Below are positions 1 to 12,884 of a DNA stretch of 64,000 nucleotides, piece by piece; positions within the stretch are counted from its first letter, which is position 1, and every line of letters begins with the position of its first letter. Source of the DNA: Octopus sinensis (Eukaryota); NCBI RefSeq assembly GCF_006345805.1, contig NW_021833269.1, positions 1 to 64,000 on the forward strand, read 5' to 3'. The translations under genes and the position numbers were made by a program. The notes beneath the pieces are model-generated. The model had not been told where the DNA came from and made no database searches. It saw only the letters and a list, made by a program, of their open reading frames with translations.

Positions 1-29
1 CAATGTAGTACTTGAATGGCTATTACACC

Positions 30-332
30 AGCAAATCGACCCCAGGACTTATTCTTTGTAAGCCTAGTACTTATTCTATCGGTCTCTTGTGACCAACCGC
101 TAGCCTACGGGGGCGTAAACACGCCAACATCGGTTGTCAAGGAATGGTGGCGGGACAAACACAGGCACACAAATGTATACATACATGCAGATGCACATAC
201 ATACATAAACACACGCATATATACGATCGGCTTCTTTCGGTTTCAGTCTTACAAGGCTTAGGTCGACGCGAGGCTATAGCAGAAGACACTTACCGAAGCT
301 GACCCGGAACCTTGTGGCTGGAAAGAAACCTT

Positions 333-333
<1 letters not shown>
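30..333 (-). mobile_element. tRNA-derived SINE family A, degenerate copy
   Basis: Blocks GCAAATCGACCCCAGGACTTATTCTTTGTAAGCCTAGTAC and GGCTATAGCAGAAGACACTT match the copies at 3421-3884 and 44592-45000. Confidence 0.7.

Positions 334-334
<1 letters not shown>

Positions 335-411
<77 letters not shown>
335..411. repeat. (TA)n-(GA)n microsatellite
   Basis: Seen directly. Confidence 0.95.
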
Positions 412-415
<4 letters not shown>

Positions 416-1242
416 TAACAGTGAAGAAGTTTCAATGAAAATAATAATGCAATACGAAAGTATTGCTTTCCAGTAAAAGATAGCCCGTAAGGGTAAAATT
501 ATACATATAAAAGTAAATAAATGGTACAATGAGGCACCGACATTTACTGGGAAATAGCAATCGTAATAAATACGGCGCTATTGTATAGCTTCACTGCGTA
601 TATACTAGCAAAGACGTGTGTGTGTGCAACAAACATGAAAAAAATTTGTCTTACCTCTAGGAAGAACATCTGAAAAATGAAAAACCTAGAAACGGATAAT
701 GCAGGACCGGTTTCAGACTCTTCAAATACGTTTGACAACGTAGATTTGATTTGTCTTCATCGGCTGCATATACCTGGACAAAATTTCATATGTTGCCACT
801 TCTATGCCAGTACACTCGTCTGAACGCCAAAACGTTAACAGAACGAGAACAGTGAAGAAAGCTTCAATGATATATTCTATAGATATATTATATCTATGCA
901 TATGTATATTTATGTGTGTTTGTGTATGTATGTATACATGTATGCATGTATTTTTGTGCGAGTATATATGTATATACACATCCTGCACTATATATCATGA
1001 GTAAGAGAGAAAAGTCAAGGAAGATCGATAAAAAACGATTTGTAATTCTGTCTACTTAAGAGTGTGTCTGTATATACATAGATGTAAATGTGTCTATATA
1101 CACCTTAGGTACGTATACGTACACGCAGAGGAGCACATGAACACATGAACACCTATACGTGCATACACAAACACATACATACTTACATATACTATATATA
1201 TATATCCTTAATTACATCTCTATGCATATCTGTGTATACAAG

Positions 1243-1273
1243 TATATGTATGTATATATGTATTTATGTATAC

Positions 1274-1307
<34 letters not shown>

Positions 1308-1464
1308 TTATGTATGTATGTATGTATTTATGTAGGTATGTATGTATGTATGTATGTATTTATGTATGTATGTATGTATGTATGTATTTATGTATGTATG
1401 TATGTATGTATGTATGTATGTATGTATGTATGTATGTATGTATGTATGTACGTATGTATGTATG
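1243..1464. repeat. (TATG)n microsatellite
   Basis: Seen directly; source of the MYVC ORFs. Confidence 0.95.
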
Positions 1465-1932
1465 ACTATATGGGGGTATGCTCATGATATATGTCCGTGT
1501 GCACGAGGTGTGTCTGAATCAATTTCTGTTTCTATTCCGGTAATTCCGTTTCAATTAATACTTGAATATTTCTTTAATTAAATCCTCTACATTTATTCAT
1601 TATTCATTATTCACTTCCTCACTCAGATTAAAACTGGCGAAAGTAGAATATTTACTTTTTGATGTTTCGTGTGTTGTTGTTGTCGATGTTCAAGTCGCTG
1701 TATGTGATACCATTGTTATTGTGCTAATTGTTCCGCCCAGTTTTTCCCTGTATTTTATAACCGTTTGTGGTACGGTAGTTATATTGTTGTTTGTTATTGT
1801 CTTTAATTTACACTTTTTACTTTTCTAATTATTCTCTAAGCTTGTTCATTATTAGCAATGGATAGCATACACTCACACAAACACACATAAAGTATCTAAA
1901 CATGTGTGCATATATAAGTGTATATGTATATG

Positions 1933-1975
<43 letters not shown>

Positions 1976-1990
1976 TATATATGCATATAT

Positions 1991-2022
<32 letters not shown>

Positions 2023-2026
<4 letters not shown>

Positions 2027-2330
2027 TGATCAAAATAAAGTAAAAACATGATGCGAAGGATTCAGCGGTACATATGTTTCGGGCCTTTATTAGACAGATT
2101 TATAACAATGCATAATGTATGTCTGTGGCCTTCTTCAGCCGCGCACAACAGCTTCCACAAGGACATGTGTTACATCAAAATTCTTGGTTGGGATTCCAAA
2201 TCCTCTCATTCGCGTACGACATAATGCGGCAGCAGCATAGAATTGAAGCGTCCATCTCTTTCTTCTCTCAATGTAGAATGAGGAAATTGATGTTGAGGTA
2301 ATGTAAATAAATAAATACATATATAGAGGT
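2023..2330 (-). mobile_element. Putative Penelope-like pseudo-LTR fragment (P1) abutting (TA)n
   Basis: Non-coding segment with a hammerhead motif, ending in the (TA)n tract at 1915-2022; class inferred from the ribozyme. Confidence 0.5.
2065..2142 (-). ncRNA. Type I hammerhead ribozyme candidate
   Basis: Minus strand GCGG-CUGAAGA-A-GGCC..(41 nt)..GGCC-C-GAA-ACAUAUGU-A/CCGC: 4-bp stem I, intact core, 8-nt palindromic stem III. Confidence 0.7.
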
Positions 2331-3420
2331 GAAGATGGAGGGGCGAGAGTTCGGGACGAGGGATAAAAAATGTATAAAAAGTGTAAGTATAGAATAATAT
2401 AAAAATAATATAAAAATGTAGAGGATAAAGATATAAAGAGTTATAAGGAGATGAAAAGGGGGTATAAAGAAATATAAAGAAATATAAATAAATGTAAAGG
2501 CATAAGGTTATAAAGTAAAAATAGAAATAGAAATAAAAGTAAAAAAACCTGATACAAACATGATAAAAGTGTAAAAGAATGTAAAGATAAGGGATGTATG
2601 GAGGTTACGGACCAAGCATGGTGGTCAGGAGATTGATAAAATTTAGTTGTAGAATTGTCAGTAAATCAACAGTTTCCGTAACCTCTTAATGTGTTTTAAT
2701 GTACACGATATTTTATATGAATAATATATAGTCTATTGACTAAATTTTTTTGCGCTAGGCCAGTGGTAGTAGAAATTTCTATAATTCTTATTACATTAAT
2801 ATTATATATATATATATATATACTGACGTTCAGTTTTTGAATTTCTGAATTTTAGTTTTCCCTTGAAATTTCTCTTTTTTAAAGTAAGTTTTTCTGTTGT
2901 TTACAGTTTTTTCAATTGTGAAGTTTGTATACATTGGCAGGTACGCACCTACTTAATTTTATTTTATAGTGCAATTTAAATGTGTAGTGGCAATGAAAGG
3001 CATGTTTGCATATTTGGACAGTCAGGAAGAAAAGAAAGATAAATATTTTCACACAAAATTGAAGATATTAAAGTTTTAAAATTTTCTAGAGATGTTCGTT
3101 TGTATGTTAGATCAGAGAAGACTGTAGCGTTTTTGCATTAAAAAGGATGTTTACATTTTCGAATATTCAGAGAGAAAGGAAATAAAAGAAAAAAAGGTTA
3201 AAATTTTCCCAGAAAATTTAGATATTAATGTTTTAAAATTTATTAAAGATGATTTTTTTGTTTGTCCGAACAGAGAAAACTGCAGTGTTCTTAGAATGAA
3301 AATGTTGTTTACATTATCGAATACTCAGGTAGAAAGGACAGGTTAGTTGTTCAGAAAGGTAGTAGATATTAACATTTTTAAAGCTGATCGTTTGTGTGAC
3401 GAAAATTGCAGATATGTAAG

Positions 3421-3647
3421 TTTATTCTTTTACTTGTTTCAGTCATTTGACTGCGGTCATGCTGGAGCACCGTCTTTAATCGAGCAAATCTACCCCAGAG
3501 CTTATTCTTTGTATTCCTAGTACTTATTCTACCGGTCTCTTTTGCAAGTTACGGGATGTAAACACACCAGCATCGGTTGTCAAGCGATGTTGGGGGGGCC
3601 AAACACAGACACACACACATACGCACACGCACACACACACACACACA

Positions 3648-3721
<74 letters not shown>

Positions 3722-3884
3722 GACAGGCTTCTTCTAGTTTCCGTCTACCGAATCCACCCACAAGGATCTAATCGGCCCGAGTGTATAGTAGAAGACACTT
3801 GTCCAAGATGCCACACAGTGGGACTGAACCCAGGACCATGTGGTTGGTAAGAAAGCTACTTACCACACAGCAGCTCCTGCGCCC
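3421..3884 (-). mobile_element. tRNA-derived SINE family A
   Basis: On minus: head with B box GGTTCAGTCCC, CORE-like GGCATCTTGGACAAGTG, internal (TA)/(TG)n and tail TGACTGAAACAAGTAAAAG. Confidence 0.9.
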
Positions 3885-3994
3885 TTAACTTATTTTGAAA
3901 GAAAGTCAAAATACAGGAAATTGTAGATATTCCAGGCTTCGAGAGTTATTTTTCATTTTTTTCTGTTGGGTTGTATTAATGTTTCTTTAAGTGT

Positions 3995-4740
3995 TTCTGT
4001 GTCTCCGGAAGCGGAGGCTCTAATCTATGTTACCAAAGAGCAAGCATTGAAAACTAATTACATCAAGTGTAGAACAAAAAACACATCAGAAAGTATTAAG
4101 TGCAGAATTTTTAGACAAATTGGTGAAATCGTATGGCATATCACCAGTCAGTGTATGCCACTAGCCCAGAAAGAATATAAGAGACGTCATGAGAATATAC
4201 AAAAGATTGTCCATTGGACACTTTGCAACAAGTATGGACTTGACAACAAAAGAGTGGTACGAACATAAACCCGAAGGCATCACTGAAAATGATAATGCAA
4301 CGATTCTATGAGATTTTATGATTCAGTGCAACCAAGAGATAGAGAATAGGAAACCAGACATTGTGTTAATTGAGGAAGAAAGCAAACTATGCTGGATCAT
4401 AGATATAGCATGCCCAGCTGATAACAAGGTATGCAATAAGGAAGAAAGAAAATTCGATAGATATGACAGGTTAGCTTGGGAAGTTAAGCAGTTGTGGTCG
4501 ATAAAAAAGGTGGCAGTAGTACCAATACTTGTCTGAGCCATGGGAACAGCGAGCACAAATATTGAGAAATACATAGAACAAATAGGGGCTCAAATAAGGA
4601 TTGAGCACTTGTAGGAAACAGCAGTGCTTGGAACCGCTCGAATACTCCGCATAGTGCTCAAAAAATAAGGGGTGTTACCTTTTTTCATTGGTAGTGAACA
4701 GCTGACTCCGTAGTACATCTGCGTTAGAAGCTGTGCAAAG
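3995..4740 (+). mobile_element. R4/Dong-clade LINE, 5'-truncated 3' fragment (subfamily 2)
   Basis: Translations EALIYVTKEQALKTNYIK, zinc-knuckle remnant CRIF..HITSQC..YKRRH, and restriction-like endonuclease RKPDIVL..CWIIDIACP..KFDRY..VVP; frameshifted; followed by (AAT)n. Confidence 0.85.
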
Positions 4741-4748
4741 ATAACAAC

Positions 4749-4786
<38 letters not shown>

Positions 4787-4815
4787 TAATAATAATAATA
4801 ATATAATAATAATAT
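4741..4815. repeat. (AAT)n microsatellite between two LINE copies
   Basis: Seen directly. Confidence 0.95.
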
Positions 4816-7081
4816 AAGCGCGATCAAGCACGCAACGGAAAATGACATAAATATAAGACACAAAGGAAATGAAGAATCAGATGAACAGTATAGCCCGCCA
4901 CGAGGCTTAATTGAAAGACTGACATCTGACCAAAGTACGCAAAGGCCTGAAGATACAAGAAATTCTATTGTACCTGTTAAAGATAGCCAGGAAAATGATA
5001 AAACAACAGTAACTGAAGATCTCGCATTTGCTGAAGAACACAGAGAGTCTATGGCAGAAATGAGGCAGAAAACTCTGAATACGCTTGAAGTTGTAAGACA
5101 TACAAGTATGAATGATAGAGAACCACTTCATAAACTCTCAAATACAAACCAAAATAAAAAACAAATCCAAATTGGCAACTATGTAACAAATAAAATAATA
5201 CAAGAATTAAATACAAGAATTAAAACCTGATTTTACTGAGTTAAATGAAATTATTTACGCTTCTGCTAGGGCAATTGAAACCAGCTGTATGCCCCCGAAG
5301 AAACAAAGAAAACCAAACCTGGGAAGAAATCAAACCTGGAGAAATAAAATTGAAAAAGAGATCGAATTTATGAGAGGGGAAATATCAATATTAAATGAAC
5401 TAATATGTGGAAATGATGTAAGATCCAGAACAGGAAGAAAGATGAAGAGAAAATTTGGATCCTCACCAAGAGGATATCACCAACTGATATCAATAAAAGA
5501 AACGCTGAAAAAAAAAGTCCAAGCAAAAGCCCAAAGAATACGAAGATTTGAGAAGAGAAACAAGTTTTACAAGCAAAATAAGCTGTTCACATCCAATGCC
5601 AAAAAATTCTACAGAGAAATAGGGAAGGAGAAAGTAACCGTTAAAGACCCCCCTCCCATGGAAGAAGTTCAAAACTTTTGGAAAAGGATTTGGAGTGACA
5701 AGAAGACGTACAACATAAATGCAGACTGGATTATACAAACTGAAGGATCCTACCAAAATTTACAACAACAAGCATGGGAAGACATCACAATAGCAGACCT
5801 AAGAAAGGCACTCACGAAGGCCAATAATTGGAAATCCCCCGGTAAAGATAGGGTGCCGAATTTCTGGCTCGCATCGCTCCCATGCGCACACGGTAAGCTA
5901 GTTCAGCTGCTCAATGGAATTATGAGAGACCCAAAGAAAACACCTGAATGGTTAGCAAGTGGTATTACTTACCTACTCCCAAAGAATGACGAAACCAACC
6001 TTCTAAAAAACTATCGGCCTATAACCTGTCTATCCACCACGTATAAAATCCTAACATCTATCCTGGCGGAGAAAACATATGCATTCATGGAGAAAACATA
6101 TGCATTCATGGAGAAGAACGATATTTTCCCCATTGAACAAAAAGGGTGCCGCCGAGGCTCTTACGGATGCAAAGATCAACTGCTAATTAATCGTATGATC
6201 CTTGAAAACTATCACAACAAGTGCAGAAATCTCAGCACCGCATGGATTGACTATAAAAAGGCCTTCGACAGTATACCGCATCCATGGATCTTGAGATCGC
6301 TGGACATCTTCAAAATTTCCCCTGTGATTTCAAACTTCCTGAAGCACAATATGCCGTTGTGGAATACGAATCTCCAATTATACCACTCTAATGGAGTACT
6401 TGCCTCAGAAAATATAAACATCAACTGTGGAATTTTTCAAGGTGACTCACTTTCACCTTTAATATTCTGCATAGCCCTAATACCCCTTACAAGTGAATTA
6501 AACAGAACAGGGTATGGGTATAAAATTGCCAATAAAAAAATAAGCCATCTATTTTATATGTATGACTTAAAACTCTATGGTAAAGACAATAATGAACTTG
6601 AAGGCCTATTGCGCACCGTGAAAGCATTCAGCGATGACATCGGGATGGAGTTTGGACTTGAGAAGTGTGCCAAGGCCACTTTCCAGAAAGGGAAAGGGAA
6701 GACCACAAATTCAGTCGTGTTAGATGTTGACACAGTCATAAGAGAGCTTGAGCAAGAACAAACATACAAATATTTAGGGATAAATGAAGGCTCTGGTATT
6801 CAGCATGCAAGCATGAAAGAGAAGATCAGGAAGGAATGTTATAGGAGAGTTCGTGCAGTCCTGAAATCTGAACTAAAAGCACGTAACAAGGTGTTAGCTA
6901 TAAATTCCTTAGCAGTTCCAGTTGTTACTTATAGCTACAATGTGTTGAACTGGAATATGAGTGAAGTAAAGAATATAGATAGGAAAATACGCAAGCTTCT
7001 GAGTTGTAATAGGATGCACCACCCAAAGGCCGACGTAGATCGCCTATATATATACACACATACATATGCATACACACACAT

Positions 7082-7140
<59 letters not shown>

Positions 7141-7478
7141 TAACGTATCTCTAAAAGAAATGGAGAAACTTTCAAAATACAAAGACCTGGAAATAGAGGT
7201 AACCAGAATGTGGAATCTAAAAGCAGAAACAATTCCTATCATAGTGGGTGCATTAGGCATGATAAAAAAATATTCAGACAAATACATAACAAAAACACCA
7301 GGACTTACAAACACATATAACATACAGAAAATTGCACTACTAGGCACTGCACACATCCTACGCAGAACACTTTCCATACAATAACCATCAGAGCATCACA
7401 ACAAATCACAGCACATACCCAAGGCACACAGAGCTGCGCTCGGTAGTGAAGTGAAAGCACGATATAAAAAATATACTA
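4812..7478 (+). mobile_element. R4/Dong-clade LINE (subfamily 1), 5'-truncated with an internal deletion
   Basis: Coding frame from about 4812, RT domain, endonuclease C-terminus KYKDLEIEVTRMWNLKAETIPIIVGALG at 7160-7384, 3' UTR, then (AAT)n. Confidence 0.92.
5289..7154 (+). pseudogene. Reverse transcriptase ORF of the R4/Dong LINE, probably inactive
   Basis: Motifs WKSPGKD, YRPITCL, EQKG, AWIDYKKAFDSIPH, GIFQGDSLSP, GLEKC, YKYLG; catalytic YMDD reads YMYD; the last ~35 codons are microsatellite read-through. Confidence 0.9.
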
Positions 7479-7517
7479 CTGAATAATAATAACAATAATA
7501 ATAATAATAATAATAAT

Positions 7518-7577
<60 letters not shown>

Positions 7578-7627
7578 TAATAATAATAATAATAATAATA
7601 AAAATAGCAATAACAACAACAATAATA
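7479..7627. repeat. (AAT)n tail/target of the LINE
   Basis: Seen directly. Confidence 0.95.
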
Positions 7628-8085
7628 GCTTTCGCAGGGGTTTTCAAGCATGACCAGTGTCATTTTGGTCTGCTGGCTGTGATCAGTAGACATTTTCCAT
7701 CATACCCAGCTAACTAAACTGTGATTTTCCATCACATCATAATAAGAATAAAGATAGATATGATAGTGAAGGGGTATGTATTATAATCTGACAACGACAA
7801 GGACTCATGTGTCGTAAATATACATCGTTGACGCTGTTAATGGCGGATTTAGAAGCAACGAAATAGAAACCTCAACAATAAAGGACAATCGCATCACCAT
7901 TAACATCAAGAGAAACAATAAGAGAAAACAAAACATCGACAAGTGGCAACACAAGAAATAATAATAAAAAAAAGAAAAGAAAATATAATACAATGGAAGC
8001 TGGAATAATTTAAAATGTTAAGAACGACAAGTTCAAAAGCAAAGAAGTTGAGAATGTCAACGAAAAGTCGAACGAAGCAAGTAGC

Positions 8086-8161
8086 GCCATCATCATCGAT
8101 ATCATCATCATCATCATCATCACCAGCATCACCATCATCATCATCACCATCATTATCATCG

Positions 8162-8215
<54 letters not shown>

Positions 8216-8262
8216 GCATCATTACCATCATCATCATCATCATCATCAGCATCATTACCATC

Positions 8263-8294
<32 letters not shown>

Positions 8295-8314
8295 CACCAT
8301 CATCATCATCGTCG

Positions 8315-8374
<60 letters not shown>

Positions 8375-8406
8375 CCATCATCATCATCGTCGTCATCACC
8401 ATCATC

Positions 8407-8452
<46 letters not shown>

Positions 8453-8480
8453 CATCGTCGTCGTCGTCATCATCATCATC

Positions 8481-8512
<32 letters not shown>

Positions 8513-8594
8513 CACCATCATCATCATCGTCGTCATCATCATCACCAGCATCATCATCATCATCACCATCACCATCATCACCATCATCATCATC

Positions 8595-8625
<31 letters not shown>

Positions 8626-8712
8626 TCATCATCACCATCACCACCATCATCATCATCATCATCACCATCATCATCATCGTCGTCATCATCATCACCATCA
8701 TCATCATCGTCG

Positions 8713-8766
<54 letters not shown>

Positions 8767-8816
8767 CATCATCATCATCGTCGTCATCACCATCATCATC
8801 ATCATCATCGTCGTCG

Positions 8817-8848
<32 letters not shown>

Positions 8849-8895
8849 TTCATCACCAACATCGTTATCTACGTTGTCGTCGTCGTCGTCGTCAT
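8086..8895. repeat. Long (CAT)n microsatellite with CAC/CGT variants
   Basis: About 810 bp; source of the poly-S/H/M/D ORFs. Confidence 0.97.
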
Positions 8896-10102
8896 CATTA
8901 GCAAGAACAACATTGAAACAAAAGAAAAAGCACAATAACATAGACAATACAATATGACGAGAATAAAAGAGCGGCAAATATCAATTACAAATATAACAAC
9001 AACAACAACAACAACAATAACAGCAACAACAATAATAACATCATGAATATTGATGAGAGCATCAACAAAAATAACGCAAACACCATTAAAAAATATCACT
9101 CATTTCAAAAATATACTTAAGATTGAGTAATGGGTTGGCATTCTTAAAAGGACCCGAATCGTTCTTGCGAAATCGAGGCTCACGCATAGAAACATACGAG
9201 AAGTGACGGGAAATGTATGACAGTTTAACTATTAGTTGTATAGAAAATGAGACCTGAAGATTAGTCAAATTTATATACGTAACAACAATGATTATTTGAT
9301 GGTTTTCCTAGCAGAGAAAATGATAAACATAAGGAAGAAAAGAGCGACAGACAACAGCTGAAGCGGCAGCAACGCGTCTAGGATATTGTTTTCAGAGGAG
9401 AAGCGGTTGCGATCCAGAAGATAACAAAAGAAAAAAGAAAAAAATCCCCCAAAACTCGCCTTCTACTTGAGAGATATGAAGCTTTATCCCCGATGTACCA
9501 CCAGTTTATTTTCCTACAGGGGAAGAGAGAACCGAGGCACGGATGCAGCAGAAAACTGCCCTAGTAGTTAAAAAGAAGGGGAAAATGCAAAAAATGAACT
9601 CGAACAAATAATTTATAAAGGGCAAACTTTTGCAGCGATATGGGATTTGCTGTTCTGCAAATTGCATAAGAAGAGCTTCTATATATACCGAACATTGTGT
9701 GTGTACGAAGCAGAGAGGAACAATCTACCGATTGAGAAGTGACATTAAATATTTAAAAACTTTGAACGAAATTCTAGTAATAAAATCAATACCAGCGGTG
9801 TATGAAGAGCAATGAGAACTAACTAGAAACTTGGAAGCATATCCCATTCACAACGGATAGCAGTTTTATTCGATAACCTAGCTGCAGTCATGGTGTACTT
9901 TACCCCCCGATAGGATTTCTAATCCTGTATTGTACCCGTGATAACTTTATCCGATTACATTTGTTTCGTTCTCATTTGATTATTCTCCAGTATAAACTGG
10001 CTCGTGTCATTTCGTATCACGCAATTAAAACGTTTCATTTCTATATTTTCCGTTCAGTCGATATATCTTACGTGTATTTATTCTATCGAAATTTCTCTCT
10101 CT

Positions 10103-10151
<49 letters not shown>

Positions 10152-10171
10152 ATATATATATACAACAATTT

Positions 10172-10322
10172 TGTGAGAAGGGGGTGAGTCAATTACATCA
10201 AGTCCAGTGTGAAACTTTTACTTCATTTATCGACCCCGAAAGGATGCATGGCAACGTCGACTCTGGCGCTATTCGAACTATAGATCTTGCCCGGTGTTCT
10301 ATCGATTCGACCAGATCACTGC
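10172..10322 (-). mobile_element. SINE family B, degenerate
   Basis: TTATCGACCCCGAAAGGATG block shared with 22730-22966. Confidence 0.6.
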
Positions 10323-10324
10323 CT

Positions 10325-10368
<44 letters not shown>

Positions 10369-10370
10369 AC

Positions 10371-10402
<32 letters not shown>

Positions 10403-12189
10403 CAATAATTCTTTCTAATTTTGGCATAAAGCCAGCAGTACTGAAGGAAATCGATTGCATATCCATTAAGTAAATTATTTCAGCGAACGCCCAAAACGAT
10501 AAGCTGACCAATGGTGGGTTTTGAAGTCGGTGGCTGTTCGATATTTTTTGTTCGACGCACTAACAATTCTGCCAGCTCCCTTCATTGAATAACGGTTTCT
10601 GATTTCGGTAGAAGACCAGTAATATCAAAGGGATGAATATTAGTCGATAGCACTGAGCCTACCATTTCCATTGAACGCTCTTTTACCGACTCTCCAACAA
10701 GATAAAAGAGAAAACCCTCCGCAACATAATTCGAACCCTGCAAACGTAAAGCGACAGAAAATACTTCTAAGTACTCGTGAGCATTTCTCAATGATGGGGC
10801 GTGGCTATTATATGCATCCAAAATATATCTGTGTGACCGGCAATATACTTATATAGATGTACACCCTTCACACCTCTCGTCTGGGCAGACATACCACTGC
10901 ACATAGTTGCAGCATTGTTCTGCAGACTAACTGAAAACTACTGTGCAGTTTCATAACTATACGCCAAGTTTTGTCACACAAAACGATATTTGTTTCATAA
11001 CACCTATATCTTTATCTAGATGCATACATGCATAATAATACATAATAGTACATACTTACATATATACATATAAATATATATGCCTCTCTGTGTGTGTGCA
11101 TTCATGGGTGTTTTTGTATTCTTCTTTCCTATTTTTCGCTAATTTTATATCATTCCATTTCGATTTCCAGCTATTTTTATGTTATACCCGCTATTTTTCG
11201 TATTATCTATGGCATTTTCGCATTATTCGTTCTACATCGCTGTCTGATTGTTCCCCCTTCATTTTCTTTATTTAAATTTTTTTTTCTATTTCGTTGTTCG
11301 GCATTATTATATTACTGCTTAATTCAGTTTACTTTTTTTTCTTTTAGTTATTTTCATATTTGATTTCTTTCTCTTTATTTCCTCCATGCTAATATTTTTT
11401 GTCTTCTTTACAACGTTGATTTATTTCGTTTTTCGTCATGTTACGTCGATCAATTTTTTTTAGCAACTCTTTTATTTTTCTTCGTTTTTTTCATTCATTA
11501 CATGCTATACGTTCGCGGTTTATCTTATTTTAAGCTATTTCTATATCATCCCATTACAGATCCAGCTTTTTGTATGTTCTTTTTTTATTTAATTTTTGTT
11601 GTTCTTTTCCTTTAGCTTAAATATCCAAATTCATGTGTTCGATATTAAGAAAAAACCCCAAAACAAAACTAAAACAAATACCAACGATATATCTATTCCA
11701 GACGTGTAACATTTTATTTCCACTTTCATACACATATTTCTATAAAAAATATGGCTGTCTCAATTCATCAGGATAGATTACCGACAGACCAAATGTCAAT
11801 AGTTCGTCTCGTATCTTCTCTACAGAGACCAATCACAGAATTTGTAAAACATTTAGCTATGTCCTTTTCCGTTCTAGGTTCGAACCCCGCTGGAGTTAAC
11901 CATTTCAATTCTTTAAGCAATTTTCTCTCGGCTTATTTTCGAACATGAGGTCACCGTCAAGATTTGAATGGAGCATTTACATGTATATTATCACCTTTAT
12001 TTGCCACAGCCTATTCTCTAAACTTACCACATGGTTCTGTTCAATCGAGGGGAATAATAAATCAGTGATGAGAACGTATAATAAACACACACACACACAC
12101 ACACATACACACACAGAGGCACGCACGCACATATATATGTGTGTCATGATTGACTGCTAGCTCTAAAAGCTTCTTTTTTTTATTCTCTT

Positions 12190-12325
12190 TGTATATTTCC
12201 TCAAATTCCTTTCTGTTGAAGAGCGTAGGCTCGAAACGTAAAATACCTTCCCCAACGTTAAACTAATACAGCTGTTTGTAGTTTATACAGCTGTTTTTCT
12301 TCTTTTGTTTTTCTAGAAATTTCAA
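12190..12325 (+). mobile_element. Putative Penelope-like pseudo-LTR fragment (P2)
   Basis: Homologous to the reverse complement of the 56398-56782 units. Confidence 0.55.
12209..12243 (+). ncRNA. Hammerhead-like motif with variant core CUGUUGA
   Basis: CUUU-CUGUUGA-A-GAGC(GUAG)GCUC-GAA-ACGU-A/AAA. Confidence 0.5.
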
Positions 12326-12554
12326 CTATATATGTATATAAGTATGTATATAAATTAAGTATATATATATATATAAAAATATATATATATATAGAAATAT
12401 ATATGTAAATATGAATGTGTGTCTGTGTTTGTATGTAAGAGTATGTGTCTATCTTAACCTTATTCAGGGCTCCAAGATCTGGTAATAAAATTGAGAAATT
12501 TACCCCTGAACTGAAAGACTATCCGTTTTGTTAACAACAAACTACCCTCTAAAC

Positions 12555-12884
12555 CAGGGGTTCTTAACCATCTTATTAATCTATGAACCCCTTTGATTAC
12601 TATTTTATTCTGATGGACCCCTATAACTATTTTATGCTGAAAACCTAGTTTTATAGAAACTTCTTTCAAACTTCTTATTTTGTTTTGCATACATAACCTT
12701 GTATAGGTTCGACTAAGTAAACTGTAAAAGAAAGAAACCCAGTTGTTTCTTGCAATACTTACCAATATACATCTAAAGCAAAATATTTTCAGGACCCCGT
12801 GAAATACTATTTTGGATCCCCAATTTACTATTTTGCTACGTGGACCACCATAAATCTTGAATGGACCCTGGTTGAGAACCACTA
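12555..12884. mobile_element. hAT-type MITE
   Basis: TIRs CAGGGGTTCTTAACC / GGTTGAGAACCACTA; 8-bp flanks CTCTAAAC and CCCTAAAT (6/8 match). Confidence 0.8.

Noticed and set aside
8010-8977. Long poly-Ser/His/Met/Asp ORFs
   Set aside because: Open in several frames on both strands only because (CAT)n has no stop codons.
9505-9620. Host exon after TTTATTTTCCTACAG
   Set aside because: An acceptor-like site alone, with no recognisable protein or convincing donor.
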